A DNA stretch of 64,000 nucleotides from Octopus sinensis. Its lineage: Eukaryota. Shown here one piece after another: positions 1-12,535 of the stretch; the stretch's first letter is position 1, and each line of letters begins with the position of its first letter. Both the position numbers and the translations under genes were made by a program. The notes beneath the pieces are model-generated. The model did no database searches. It was not told where the DNA came from and saw only the letters and a list, made by a program, of their open reading frames with translations. The stretch is taken from positions 76,508,001-76,572,000 of the forward strand of contig NC_042998.1 in assembly GCF_006345805.1 (NCBI RefSeq), given 5' to 3'.

Positions 1-399
1 ATATATCTAGAAAAAGAAGCGTAAAACATTTCATACTGTCATAACTGCATAATAAACATATCTATAAAATTCCCATACAGCAGCTTAGTTGTACATTTTA
101 TATATTCAGGCGTGTACACATAGAATAAACATGCATACATAAATCGGTAGACGCAAATGATGATGAAAATGCACATCCATACATCTTGACATAAATTCAT
201 GTCTACGCGGCGGGAAATGTCTGCGTCCAGTTACATCATACTCAATATTCTCATTTATTCTCGTTCATTCACGTTTATTCCCTCGAATATCGTTGACGCT
301 CACTTCCATCTATCTTTCCGATCAGTATATTCTATATTTAAATCCAACCCTCTACCGATTCGCCAGTTTCCCTGTTATGCATCATAGTGGAATGTCTTT

Positions 400-431
<32 letters not shown>

Positions 432-1048
432 TACGCGAAGTTTTTTTTCTTCTCCATATTATATCACCTTTATCTTCTCTTGTTAGGCCTTTATATCATT
501 TTAGCACATAATTTCCCCACTTACCGAGCGAATCCTCTTTTTTATTTTATTTATATTTTTCCCTCCGCACATTTGGATACAGACAATATGCAGACACACA
601 GCAGTTATCGCCCTCTCAAACACAAGGCAATAAAAAAAAATATCACATGTGTATGTTAGTATCACTGTAGAATTTATGTAAGAATGCGTGTCAGTAACCT
701 GTATGAATGCAAACACACGTCAATGTACTCACATACACACACACTTATACACACTCTTATACACATATTTATACATGTATACATATGCCCCCATATACGC
801 ACACACTTAAACACATACATACATATATGTGCGTACACACATATTAACGCTCACATACAATTCTCTGTCTGTCTGTCTTTCTGTCTGTCCGTCTCACTGT
901 TTTTATACACACACGTATATATATATACACACACATATATATATAGAATACATGCATAGGTATGTATATGTATATTTGTGTATGTACCTACATACATGTA
1001 GCTATATACATGTAGGTATATATATATATATTATAGATATATATATAT

Positions 1049-1085
<37 letters not shown>

Positions 1086-2140
1086 TACACACACATATAT
1101 CATGATACATGCATATATAAATATATATAAATACATATACATATATATCCATACACGCTCACACACACACACGCGCTCTCACACACACACAGACACATAA
1201 TTTACTATACTATACTATACACACATATATGCATACATACATACATACATACATACATGCACACATAAATACATACATACATACATACATACATGCATAC
1301 ATACATACATACATACATACATACATACATACATACATACATACATACATACATACATACATACATACATACTTGCATGCATGTATATGCTGGAGTTTAT
1401 ATCACCAGAAATGTAACACGACATAAATGATTTTGGCGATTCTATCTTTCATACTTATTATCATCCACAATTGCCTCTAGTCTCCTATCGTTGATACACT
1501 CTTCGCATCATCTACTTAACCCAGTGACGCTATCTCCCAGACTCAGTCCTTGTTTATATATCTTTAAAACACGAATATTTTTTATTACACACATACATAG
1601 TGAGTACTATAGACTAGGATATATACTGTCACCATCACCACTACCATGTTGTGAGCGAAATATTTCTTTAAGCCTGAAGAGAAAGTAAAATGTCAATATT
1701 GAGAGTATAAAGTAACGTAAAAAGTTACAGCCTTTCAGATGGTTGTGTTTCAGTATGAATTGTGTGGAAGTAAAATGTTCAAGTGTGCATCTATTCAAGG
1801 AATATAAAACTGTCACATGTGAGTTTGGGCAATCTTTACTAATTTTCTATCAATGTTTCAGAAAAAAAAAAGAAAAAAGAAGAATCATTCTCATTACATA
1901 CGCTACGAACGATTATCCACATGAAATTCTTTTGTAAAACACCCGTTCTCAACGTAGAACCTCCGTTATATTTATGGCTACAGGCAAGTGCCTTTTACAT
2001 TGCATCAGACAAAACATATCCTCCTCTGCCAATAGAATAAAATAGCATTACGATTTTAAGAAAGAAAAAGAAAAAGAAAAACGAAGAAACCATGCGCTAA
2101 ATAGCTGAAAAAAATTAGATTAAGACTAAACGATATCCAC

Positions 2141-2141
<1 letters not shown>

Positions 2142-2232
<91 letters not shown>

Positions 2233-2251
2233 GCCTGCCTGTCTGCCTGCC

Positions 2252-2299
<48 letters not shown>

Positions 2300-2342
2300 C
2301 GTCCGTCCGATCTATCTATCTATCTATCTACCTATCTATCTA

Positions 2343-2388
<46 letters not shown>

Positions 2389-2402
2389 CGTCCGTCCGTC
2401 CG

Positions 2403-2476
<74 letters not shown>
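2142..2476. repeat. Compound (TATC)n/(TGTC)n/(TCCG)n microsatellite with an internal block duplication
   Basis: Read directly; the TATC-TGTC-TCCG-gatc block occurs twice. Confidence 0.95.
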
Positions 2477-2478
<2 letters not shown>

Positions 2479-4059
2479 CGGCACCTCGAGAAGCAAGCCC
2501 ATGCCGTCCACCAGCGCCTCCGTCGTGGGATGCTGGACCGACGGTCCGGTCGAGTTGCTCGTGGTCTGGTTTGGTCCGGACCTCCAAATGGAGAAGAATT
2601 GGAACGAGATAACGAGTAGGGTGGTCACCCTCGCCTGGCAATAGGCCGAGAGGAAACTGTCCCTAAAAGGTCGGGCAGAGGTGGCGAACATGTACATCGC
2701 GTCCGTCATCTACTACCGCCTGACCGTCGTGCCTTGTCCCGACCCTACCATCACCAAACTAGAACGCATTCTCTTCCGCTTCTTGTGGAAAGGATGCGTC
2801 TCGATGGTCAGGTGATCTATTTGCTGTTAACATCCGTTAAACGGAGGATTGGGCATTCCGTGGTTGATGATGCGCAGACACGCGCTGAGACTGCGACATC
2901 TCAGGCTCTACGTAGACGAAGGTGAACAGGTGTGGTCGACGTTTGTGAGGCACGCTTTCCCGCAACTCGTCTCCATGACCGAACTGCAGTCGTGGATCAA
3001 AAAGAGGCCGAGGAAGGGCGAATGGCACTGCGAGTGTCACATTGCTCACAAGCAACTATGCCATCCCGGGTCGACCTTGAGTGACTTCAACAGAACCAAG
3101 GCATTCTATAGGGGACTAGTGGAGGAGAGGTACGACGATGATTTCGGGGTGAACCAGGACGTCGACGAGGAATACCTGACCCGCCTGTTCAGGACGACTT
3201 TCGGGCCAGGGCCCATGGACAACTTCCAGAGATCCCTGACCTGGCAGTGCTACTGATAAGCGCTACCCGTTCGGGATAAGCTCTACAGACATGGCTCAAG
3301 AAACACGGGGCCGAGATGCAGTCAGATCGACGAAACCGTTCTGCACGCACTCGTGCAGTGTCCAACAATTTCCGACCTGTGGGCTTCTGTCGAACGACTG
3401 CTGTCACGTGTGGGACGAGTCGGTTTATCAGCCGAGTCTATCGTGAATATTGTCACGCTTCCTTCCTTCAAACGGGAAGGAAGAGCTATTGTCATCCTTC
3501 TTGTGGCTATGGCGAAAGAATGTATCTGGTGGACGCGTCTGAAAGGATTGGAGACAAACACATTCCTCTCTGGTCAATCTCTCATCAACTTCAAGTATCA
3601 CTTGAAAAGGAAAGTGAGAGTGGAGAATGGCAAGTTTTGTCTTGCGAATGTTTCAAAAAAAGATGGGTGAATGTAGCAAGGATGGCACGTATGAATGACG
3701 AAGCCACCTTGAGCATAATCCTATGAACCCGGAAAATTTTAAAACAGAGTGTTACCTACTTGCAAACAAATGTGTTAACAGATGACACTATTGACCGAGG
3801 TTACCGTGGTCTTTTCCGTAGGCTTTTCTTTCCACGGATAAACCTTATCTGCTTCCCCTTTTACACTTTACACCATGACATTTCTTTGATACACGATCAC
3901 TATTGATCGCTTTTTTCTTTTTCTTTCTTCTGTCCCTTTTACGATCCCTTTTGATCAAAAACCTACCCCACTATTTTTTGTTTCTTTTCTCCCCATAAAG
4001 AAAAGCTCTACTTTGTAATCTGTCCCGTCTGTGTACAGCCCTGTGTGGCTAATAAAGAA

Positions 4060-4060
<1 letters not shown>
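2477..4060 (+). mobile_element. 5'-truncated Tx1/L1-clade non-LTR retrotransposon (ORF2 C-terminus plus 3' UTR), decayed
   Basis: Translation gives RKLSLKGRAEVANMYIASVIYY, LFRFLWKG, NGGLGIP and the zinc knuckle RCSQIDETVLHALVQCPTISDLW. In-frame stops present. Ends at AATAAAGAAA followed by (TCTA)n. Confidence 0.9.
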
Positions 4061-4115
<55 letters not shown>

Positions 4116-4120
4116 CTCTC

Positions 4121-4205
<85 letters not shown>

Positions 4206-4206
4206 T

Positions 4207-4240
<34 letters not shown>

Positions 4241-4245
4241 TCTAT
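4061..4245. repeat. (TCTA)n microsatellite at the Tx1 3' end
   Basis: Read directly. Confidence 0.95.
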
Positions 4246-4379
4246 ACATACATACATATATATATATAAATATATTTGTGTGTATGTGTACGTGCGAGGT
4301 GTATACATACATGTACATATATAATATATATATATATATAATAATATATATATATATATATATATAATATAAATCCTCT

Positions 4380-5225
4380 TACTAATATTTCAAAAATTTA
4401 GTTAAAAATATTAGTAAGAGGATTTCTAGCCTCTCATCTAATGAGGACATCTTCAATAGCGTTGCCCCAGTTTATAATAAAGCTTTAAAAGATAGTGGTT
4501 TTAGCGAAAAAATAAAATATACACCTATCACCAGCCCAACAATAAGGAAAAGGAATAATAGAAATAGGAAGGTCATCTGGTTTACGCCCCCTTACTCACC
4601 CGAGGTGGCCTTCAATATAGGTAAATATTTCCTAGCACTGATAGATAGACATTTCCAGTTAACCATGCTTATAGGAAACTCTTCAATAGACACAATTTAA
4701 AAAAATTAGTTTTAGTTCAACTACCAATTTTAAAAACATAATCAATCATAACATACAAAAAACACAAGAAGAAAACAGCTGTTCATGCAGGAATAAAGAA
4801 TTGTGCCCGCTAAATGGAGCTTGCATGTCCAAGACCATCATATATGAAGCTACCGTAAACTCTATAACCACTAAAGACACCGTTTCGACGAAGAAATACG
4901 TGGGCCTGACAGAGGGTAATTTCAAGGCCAGGTTCAATAACCACACTTTGAGCTTTAGGCACTGGAACAAAAGAAAAGCGACACAATTATCCAATCATAT
5001 TTGGTCTTTAAGAGATAAAGGTGTCGATTATAACATACAATGGAAGATTTTGGCCAGATGTAAGCCCTATACTACGGCAGCGGAAGGTGCGGTTTATGCG
5101 ACATGGAGAGATGGCTTATCTGGAAAAGCAGCTTAGACCCTACCACATGTCAAAATACAAGGACAGAGCTTTTCGGATCATGCCCACATGTGACTAAATT
5201 TCTGTTACGTTTTTGGTCCCCTAAA
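4380..5225 (+). mobile_element. Penelope-like element, 3' part (RT C-terminus plus GIY-YIG endonuclease), frameshifted
   Basis: ISKRISSLSSNEDIF, RKVIWFTPPYS, CPLNGACMSKTIIYEATV...KKYVGLTEGNFKARFNNH...TQLSNHIW...IQWKILARCKPY. Confidence 0.9.
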
Positions 5226-5425
5226 GAAACGGATAGAACATGCTTTCTGTGTTATGTCCCAAGAGATTTTATATATTTTTATATTTTTTATATATTTTTA
5301 TGTATTTTATAATTTTTATGACGAAAAATGCGAGCGATGTATAAGTACGCAGGCAAAGCAGAGTTATAACAGAGTAATTTCCCTTCATTTTTAACGGTAT
5401 TTTTTCATAACGTTTTCAAATAGCC

Positions 5426-5488
5426 AGATAACCGATGAGATGGTGTTGTGGATTTCCACTTCGGCATCTGAAACTCAGAGTTTTATCT
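5426..5488 (+). ncRNA. Type I hammerhead ribozyme fold in the Penelope 3' terminal region (variant core)
   Basis: Stem I AGATAA/TTATCT; core CCGATGA; stem II GATG...CATC; GAAA; stem III ACTC-A-GAGT; GUU cleavage triplet. Confidence 0.6.
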
Positions 5489-5511
5489 TGACTAACCGAG
5501 TAATGTAACAT

Positions 5512-5613
<102 letters not shown>

Positions 5614-5619
5614 TGTGTG

Positions 5620-5652
<33 letters not shown>

Positions 5653-6226
5653 AGGACAATCGCATGTGTAATTAACCATAAAGAATAAATCAATAGTACA
5701 AAGAAATCAAATACCGATCCCTTTAAAACGGCTACCACTTTAACAGTAGCAGAATCACCATCCCACTTCAACTGCACATACAAAGCAGTTCAGCAACTCC
5801 AAGCCTTGATAAACTCAGTGGTTGCTACTTACTTCCGGCCACGATAGACAGACGATGCTCTTGAAGCCGAGAAATTGAACTTACGGATACAATATTTACA
5901 TATCATCTGAGGAAACATAACAAGATCTCATAATGCAGGGAAACCGCTACATAAGTACCCGCACGCCTGGAGAACTACGTGGCGGAGAAACAATTGTAGT
6001 GATTGAAAATAAATGTCCAAACGTACCCTTTCTTTTTGACTCCAAATTTTCATTTATTTATTCACTCAAGTCCAAATTCAAACCTGGAAGTACGTAAAAT
6101 ACTACCACTGGATAACACAGGGAGCTTTATACGGTAGTTTTTACGTTCTTAAAATATACCATAACAATATATATATATTAAGAACAATCTTACTTAGAAA
6201 TGGATGCGTGCGTTCCGTCATATAAT

Positions 6227-6581
6227 AAATTAATAAATAAATAAAACATATGCATATATACATACATATATGTACGTACCTACCTCTACATGTATATATA
6301 CATGCATATATATCGGTACAGCACACCAAAAAAAAAAAACGTCGAACACGATGAGAAACGAAAACATAAACACAAAACCATGGACATATTTTTAAACAAC
6401 TCTATTTTTTCGTTGTTTAAAAATATGTCCATTTCCTTGGTTTTGTGTTTATGTTTTCGTTTCTCATTGAGTTCGACGTTTTTTTTGTGTCCTGTACCCA
6501 TATATGCATGTATATATACATGTAGAGGTAGGTACGTACATATATGTATGTATATATGCATATGCTTTATTTATTTATTAA

Positions 6582-6584
<3 letters not shown>
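6227..6584. repeat. Long fold-back inverted repeat (~174-bp arms, 11-nt spacer at 6401-6411)
   Basis: The arm ending ...tggacatatttttaaacaac is the reverse complement of gttgtttaaaaatatgtcca...; pairing continues with few mismatches out to aaattaataaataa. Confidence 0.9.
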
Positions 6585-6652
<68 letters not shown>

Positions 6653-6856
6653 TATATATATATATATATATATAAATATATATATATACACACATATAAC
6701 AAGAGTGAAAGAAAGCTAAGCTTTCAACATTGTGTTCTTTCATCCGTACATATATGCATATATATATTTACAATATATATATTATAATAACAACACACAA
6801 CCACACAACAACAACAACAACAACAACAACAATAATAATAATAATAATAATAATTA

Positions 6857-7110
6857 ACAGGTTGTATGGCGCTCCACATAGGTAAATAAATCAAGGGTTG
6901 AAAAGAAACAACACAATAACGGAATACCACAAAATAAAAAACAACATACAGAAAACCAGGCGATAACACGGCAAACAGGAAACTGGACGAAAACAAGATA
7001 CACAGACCATTTGCTGCCGATTTCCCCATTAGTCAATGTCCAGGATGTCCTAGCAGTTTCGCGCTTTTTATCATTGAGACCGCTCGATTGCGACAAGCGC
7101 CAAGAGCATT
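6857..7110 (-). repeat. Interspersed repeat, probably a Penelope-type terminal fragment (copy 1 of 3)
   Basis: Aligns by eye with 7805-8008 (caggttgta..., ataaatcaagggttg, aaacaggaaactggac, agtcaatgtcc) and more weakly with 56170-56370. Confidence 0.55.
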
Positions 7111-7260
7111 AAGCGGTTGGGGAAAGCACACAAATATATACAAGAACAAAGACAAGAACGAGAAAGCTAAAAGATATATCTATACAATATACCGTGATGA
7201 AATAATAATGCATGTGCTACAGAAAAGGAATTATACATTATAAAAAAAAAAATTTAATTG

Positions 7261-7375
7261 AAATTTAATCATCAATGTACTTCCCTGATTATCTATGACT
7301 TCCTTCCATCTATTTACAAGCTTTTTAATCGCATCATTATAAAACTCTTTTGGTTTCAAAGCGAAGAACTGTGAA
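7261..7375 (-). mobile_element. mariner transposase C-terminal fragment
   Basis: FFALKPKEFYNDAIKKLVNRWKEVIDNQG resembles the mariner terminus FY..GI.KL..RW.K.I...G. Confidence 0.75.
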
Positions 7376-7804
7376 TTGGCAAAAAGAACGGCAACGCCCT
7401 GCCCGCACGTGATAGGAGAAGGAGAGAAATTGTAGAGGTCAGAGGGATTCACGAGGGTGGGGAGTAAAGAGGGACCAAGGAATAAGAGAGAGAGAGAGGG
7501 GAAAACAATCAGAGGGACTAAAGAACGAGGGTGGGAGAGAGACAGAGGAAAAGAAAAGGAAGGTACAACGGAGGCAAGCGAGGAAGGAAGGCAGAGGGAT
7601 TAAAGAATTAGAGGGGAGGGGAGAAAGAGTGACTAAGGAATATTGGAGAGGAAAATGAAAACAGAGGGACTGAAGAACGAAAGGGGGGAAGGGAGAGAGA
7701 GAGAGAAAAAGAGAGAGAGAAGGAAGGAACAAGGGAGACAAGCGAGGAAGGAAAGCGATAGTAAGAGTCGTACATAAATATTCAATGAATATTTTTTACA
7801 AAGT

Positions 7805-8008
7805 AAACAACAGGTTGTACGGTGCGCGCGCATAGATAAATCAAGGGTTGAACAGAAAGAACGCAATGAGAAAACACAGTAAACAGAAGCCCAACAAAAG
7901 ACAGCATACGGAAAAGTAGACGATAACACAACAAACAGGAAACTGGACAAAAGCAAGGTACACGGACTATTTGCAGCCGATTTCCTCGTGAGTCAATGTC
8001 CGGAACAT
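7805..8008 (-). repeat. Second copy of the 6857-7110 repeat
   Basis: Shared blocks as listed for 6857-7110. Confidence 0.6.
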
Positions 8009-8064
<56 letters not shown>

Positions 8065-8122
8065 ACTCGTCATGGTTAGCCATGATAAGATGGCTTCTAT
8101 ACTTTACATTATATATATATAA

Positions 8123-8183
<61 letters not shown>

Positions 8184-8186
<3 letters not shown>

Positions 8187-8573
8187 GCAGTATCGTCCGG
8201 CGTTGCTCGGTTTGTAAGGAAATAACTATATAAGCATTTTTAGAGATTAAGTATAATAGCCATCTCAATATGGCTAACTACAAGGGGGAGGATGTTACTG
8301 TAGCCTTTTACGTTATGAGAGTTAATAATAAATTTTTAGAGTGTTACTTCCCTTATATATGCCAAAAATGCATTAAAAATGGGAAAAATTGATGGTAATT
8401 TTTTTAAAATCGTAGACTCATCGTAGACGCGCGCTAATACCCAGAAGTCGCTCGATATGAATCACGACTATAAGATCCCGGTTTTGGTTAAACTGCAACC
8501 GTAAAATGTGGGAGTAGTTAGGAATCTAAATCGTAGGAGACAGACAGCACACACCTCACTTTATATATAAAGA
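8184..8573 (-). mobile_element. Non-autonomous Helitron-type element inserted in (TA)n
   Basis: Minus strand begins A|TCTTTATATATAAA and ends with hairpin CCGAGCAACGCCGG then ...CTGCTAC|T (CTRR-like end, AT target). Confidence 0.7.
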
Positions 8574-8582
8574 TATATATAA

Positions 8583-8776
8583 CGGGAAGGTTTACGAAAA
8601 TAAACAAAAGACGAAGGCAGGTGGAGTACAAACAAACAAATGTATTAATATGGCGCTCAGGAATAGAAATAGAACAAGTCTTTTACGTTTCGAGCCTTCA
8701 CTCTTCGACAGAAAGATACACAGAAAAAAAACAAGGAGAGAAAAAATGCGTGAAGGAGCTAACGATCTATCATGGC
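8583..8776 (-). repeat. Short Penelope pseudo-LTR-like repeat carrying a minimal hammerhead fold (8679-8716)
   Basis: Close copy at 31988-32155. Minus strand reads TCTTT-CTGTCGAA-GAGT-gaag-GCTC-GAAACGTA-AAAGA. Confidence 0.7.
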
Positions 8777-8803
8777 ATTCTATGTATGTATATATATATA
8801 TAT

Positions 8804-8860
<57 letters not shown>

Positions 8861-8889
8861 ATATATAGATGTGTTATATTTTGGCCAAA

Positions 8890-10075
8890 GATTGGCACAT
8901 GCCATGTCTAACTTAACAACGCCATCTGATAGGATCTGCTTAGTCATTTTAAAGTCAAGTTTTGTGGTATCTTAGCCCTTTCAGATAGGGAGTTGTTGTT
9001 GGCTGAGATGTATCCAAGTAGAGGTATCCAATGTGGTGTCTCTTGAAAAAATTTGTCCTGGTTTTGTTTGAAGGTGATGGGATCTTTCTCTTTTATTTTC
9101 GGATAATGTTAAATAGAGCAGGGCCTGCTGAGGAAAAGAAATTGCGTTACAGTGAATTTATGTGTTGTGATCCTGAATTATGTAGGTGGCATATGGCACG
9201 TGGATCCAGCCTTATATGAATTCTGAATCTAATGTTAAGGTCGCTTGGGCAATGCTGCTGGTATATTTTCCACATTGTGAAAATGATGTGCTCACGGAGG
9301 CGCTGGAGAGAATAAAGATTCAATGTTTTATGGCGGTATTAATAACGAAGTTCAGTCACACGTTTGTTTTAGTGAATGCTCTCTGGGGTAATGTTTTGTT
9401 TGGTGTGGGGAGACCACAGGGGGCAGCAATATTTTAGGTGTGGCAGTACAAAGGAGAAGAGGAGAATGATGATATCTTACTCTCTGGACCGGAAAGTTCT
9501 GAGGATCCAGGAGCGCATTCTGCGAGCCAAATCGACTTTATTGTTGATGTGGGCACTCCAGCAGAGATTGCTGTCAACAATCACTCCAAACTCCCAATAT
9601 TATTGGAGGTTGTGAGCTTGCTTTCCAACCACATAGTTCCAGGTTCAGTCCCTCTGTGTGACACCTTGGGCAAGTGTCTTCTACTATAGCCTCGGGACGA
9701 CCAAAGCCTTTTGAGCAGATTTGGTAGATAAAAACTGAAAGAAGCCCGTCGTATATATGTATATGCATATATATATATATATATGTATCACTTGACAACC
9801 GATGCTGGTGTATTTACGTGCCTGTAACTTAGCGGTTTGGCAAAAGAGACCGATAGAATAAGTACTAGGCTTACAAAGAATAAGTCCTGGAGTCGATTTG
9901 CCCGACTAAAGGCGGTGCTCCAGCGTGGCCACAGTCATATGACTGAAACAAATAAAAGAGAAAGAGAATAATTGTTTGAGCGCAGTCTTTTTTTCCAGAA
10001 TGTATCAATTCAAATTTTCCCTCATTTAACACATTTTGCTTTTGTTTGCCCATTGGCTTCCAGGATGTAGATCAA
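8890..10075 (-). mobile_element. CR1/L2-group LINE RT C-terminal fragment, interrupted by a SINE
   Basis: NEGKFELIHSGK, then FGVIVDSNLCWSAHINNKVDLARRMRSWILRTFRSR and LPHLKYCCPLWSPH. Confidence 0.8.
9610..9965 (+). mobile_element. tRNA-derived SINE, family C (gcaagtgtcttctactatagc...gaagcccgtc)
   Basis: B-box-like GGTTCAGTCCC; same family as 36212-36620. Confidence 0.85.
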
Positions 10076-10218
10076 ACCTGAGTTATAGTATAAAATCTAC
10101 ATAGACCACTTGAATAAGCTGTCAGACGAAAGTTGAGGTCCTGCTCCACATGAATTATACAAACACATATGTGTATATATGTGCATATACATATTCATAT
10201 ATACATATCTTCTCTCTC

Positions 10219-11176
10219 CGCGAGTGTCGCGTTGGTCTCGAGCAACTATGCCATCCAAGGACGACCTCAAGCGACTTCAACACAACCAAAGCATTCTATA
10301 GGGGATTAATGTAAGGAAGGTACGACGACGATCTCGGGGCGAACCAGGGCGTCAGCGACTTTCGGTCCGGGACCTATGGACAACTTCCAGAGATTCCTGG
10401 TCTGGCAGTGCTTTTGAGAAGCGCTACGCGTTCGGGATAAGCTCTACAGGCATGGTTCGAGAAACACGAGGCCGACCTGCTTGAGATGCGGTCAGAGCGA
10501 CGAAACCGTTCTGTACGCACTCGTATAGTTTCCAACCTGTGGGCCTATGTCGAATGGCTGCTATCGCGTGTGGGATGAGTCGGTTTATCAACTGAGTCTA
10601 TCGTGAATATTGTCGCGCCTCCTTCCTTGAAACGGGAAAGAATAGCCATTTTCATCGTACTTGTGGCTATGGCGAAATAAGGTATTTGATGGTCTAGAGA
10701 CAAACACTTTCCTCTCTGGTCAATCTCTCATCAACTTCTTCAAGTATCATTTGAAGAGGAAAGTGAGAGTAGAGAGGGAAGTTTTGTCTAGTGAATGTTT
10801 CAGAATAAGATGGATGAATATAGCAAGGATGGCACGTGTGAATGTCGGAGCCACCTTGAGCATAATCTCATGAACCAAAAAAAAGTAAGGGAAAAAGAGT
10901 CATTTACTGTAATATGTTTTTTTTGCATGAAATTATTGCCCTAGGTTACCGTGGTCTTTTCCGTTGGCTTTTTTTTCCACGGATAAGCCTAATCTGTTTC
11001 CCCTTTTTACATTATGATATTTCTGTGATACACGATCCCTATTGATCGCCCTTTTTTTTCTCACGATCCCTTTTGATCGAATCTCTACCCCACCTTTTTG
11101 TTCTCTTCCCCAAAAGAAAAGCTCTACTTTGTATTTTGTCCCCTCTGTGTTCAGCTCTGTGTGGCCAATAAAGAAA
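10219..11176 (+). mobile_element. Second, shorter Tx1/L1-clade 3' fragment
   Basis: Aligns with 3029-4060; has CLRCGQSDETVLYAL and LETNTFLSGQSLINF; ends AATAAAGAAAC then (TATC)n. Confidence 0.9.
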
Positions 11177-11182
11177 CATATC

Positions 11183-11283
<101 letters not shown>

Positions 11284-11376
11284 ACTAACTATCTCTCTCT
11301 CTCTCTCTCTACATATATATATATATATATATATTTGTGTGTATGTGTACATGCGAGGGTGTATACATACATGTAC

Positions 11377-11413
<37 letters not shown>

Positions 11414-12229
11414 CGTGTGTGTGCGTGTGTGTGCGTGTGTGTGGGTGTGAGTGAGTGTGTGTGTATGAGTATATTTATAGATATAAATTCATAAATGTAT
11501 ATACGGAAATATATTTAAATTACAGATATTACGCTAGTGGATTATATTTTTTATTATCAAAAATATATGAAAACAAACAATACGTTGTCAACAAATTTGA
11601 AATCTATGAAGGCGAGAAAAATGTGCTGAGTAAAAACAAAAATAATAAATAATTTCCCCAAGATACAAAAAACAATAAATATAATTCTAACTTGGAAATT
11701 ATCGCAAATTTCTGGTCGTTTTAAATATAACAATTGTAAGAAAATCCACCGTCATAACACTATATATGTATATATGATTTATGCAAGGAAAATCAAACGA
11801 GTATAGCCATGCATCGAATCAGATACACTTTAATCATATAAGTATTACGTGCAAATTTTCACAATTTTCTCATCAATAACATTTTCCAGTCAGTATAAAA
11901 TAAAGTGAAATCAAAGTGTATGGATTTATGTACCGGATAAGACTATTTATTGTTATCTGTTCATTGTTTTAAGGCTTTCCCTGATGCCTATCTGACAAGA
12001 TTCAAGAAATTCCAGTAGTGCTTGTGCACATCCATCCTAAACTTTATCTGGATACCAGTTGGAATCCAAGGTAAAAAAAAAGAGACACCGCCGGGTGACA
12101 GTTTTAGTTTAGATAAATTTATGACCGACTTATTCTTTGGGAATGGAAAATCAGCTTTTTCAGCTTCTTTTCCCTTTTTTGTCTTCAGGGACGAAATTTC
12201 AGTTTTCAAAGTTCATTAACTGACAGCGA

Positions 12230-12535
12230 AATTTCGCTGGCATTTCAAAAGTGATATCAGCATACTGCGGAAAATTATCCTCGTTTCAAATATTTCCTGA
12301 GCCACCTATTGCAGCCTTTAGACGGATTAAAAATATATCAATATATAGATATATATATAGAGCGAATAAAAATATGAAAACTATTAACCTCTACTTCTGA
12401 CTCCAAGAAAACTAAGATTGAAGTTTTAGCACGCTGTGCCTTGAAAAACAGCCACAAGAGAGGTAAGCCCTGTTCATTGTGCAACAACATGAGTCAAGTG
12501 AATTCCATCAGGAATCATAAGAGAAATTTGTCTGG
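12230..12535 (+). mobile_element. Degenerate Penelope-like fragment (RT-endonuclease linker)
   Basis: IFPEPPIAAFRR followed by KPCSLCNNM; recognised by motif only. Confidence 0.5.

Noticed and set aside
684-1426. ORFs rich in YI, HT, CV or MYVC repeats here and throughout the window
   Set aside because: Translations of (TA)n, (CA)n and (TACA)n microsatellites, not genes
1739-1818. Possible exon (cag...T|gtgagt)
   Set aside because: Weak pyrimidine tract, ambiguous acceptor and unrecognised peptide; compatible with chance
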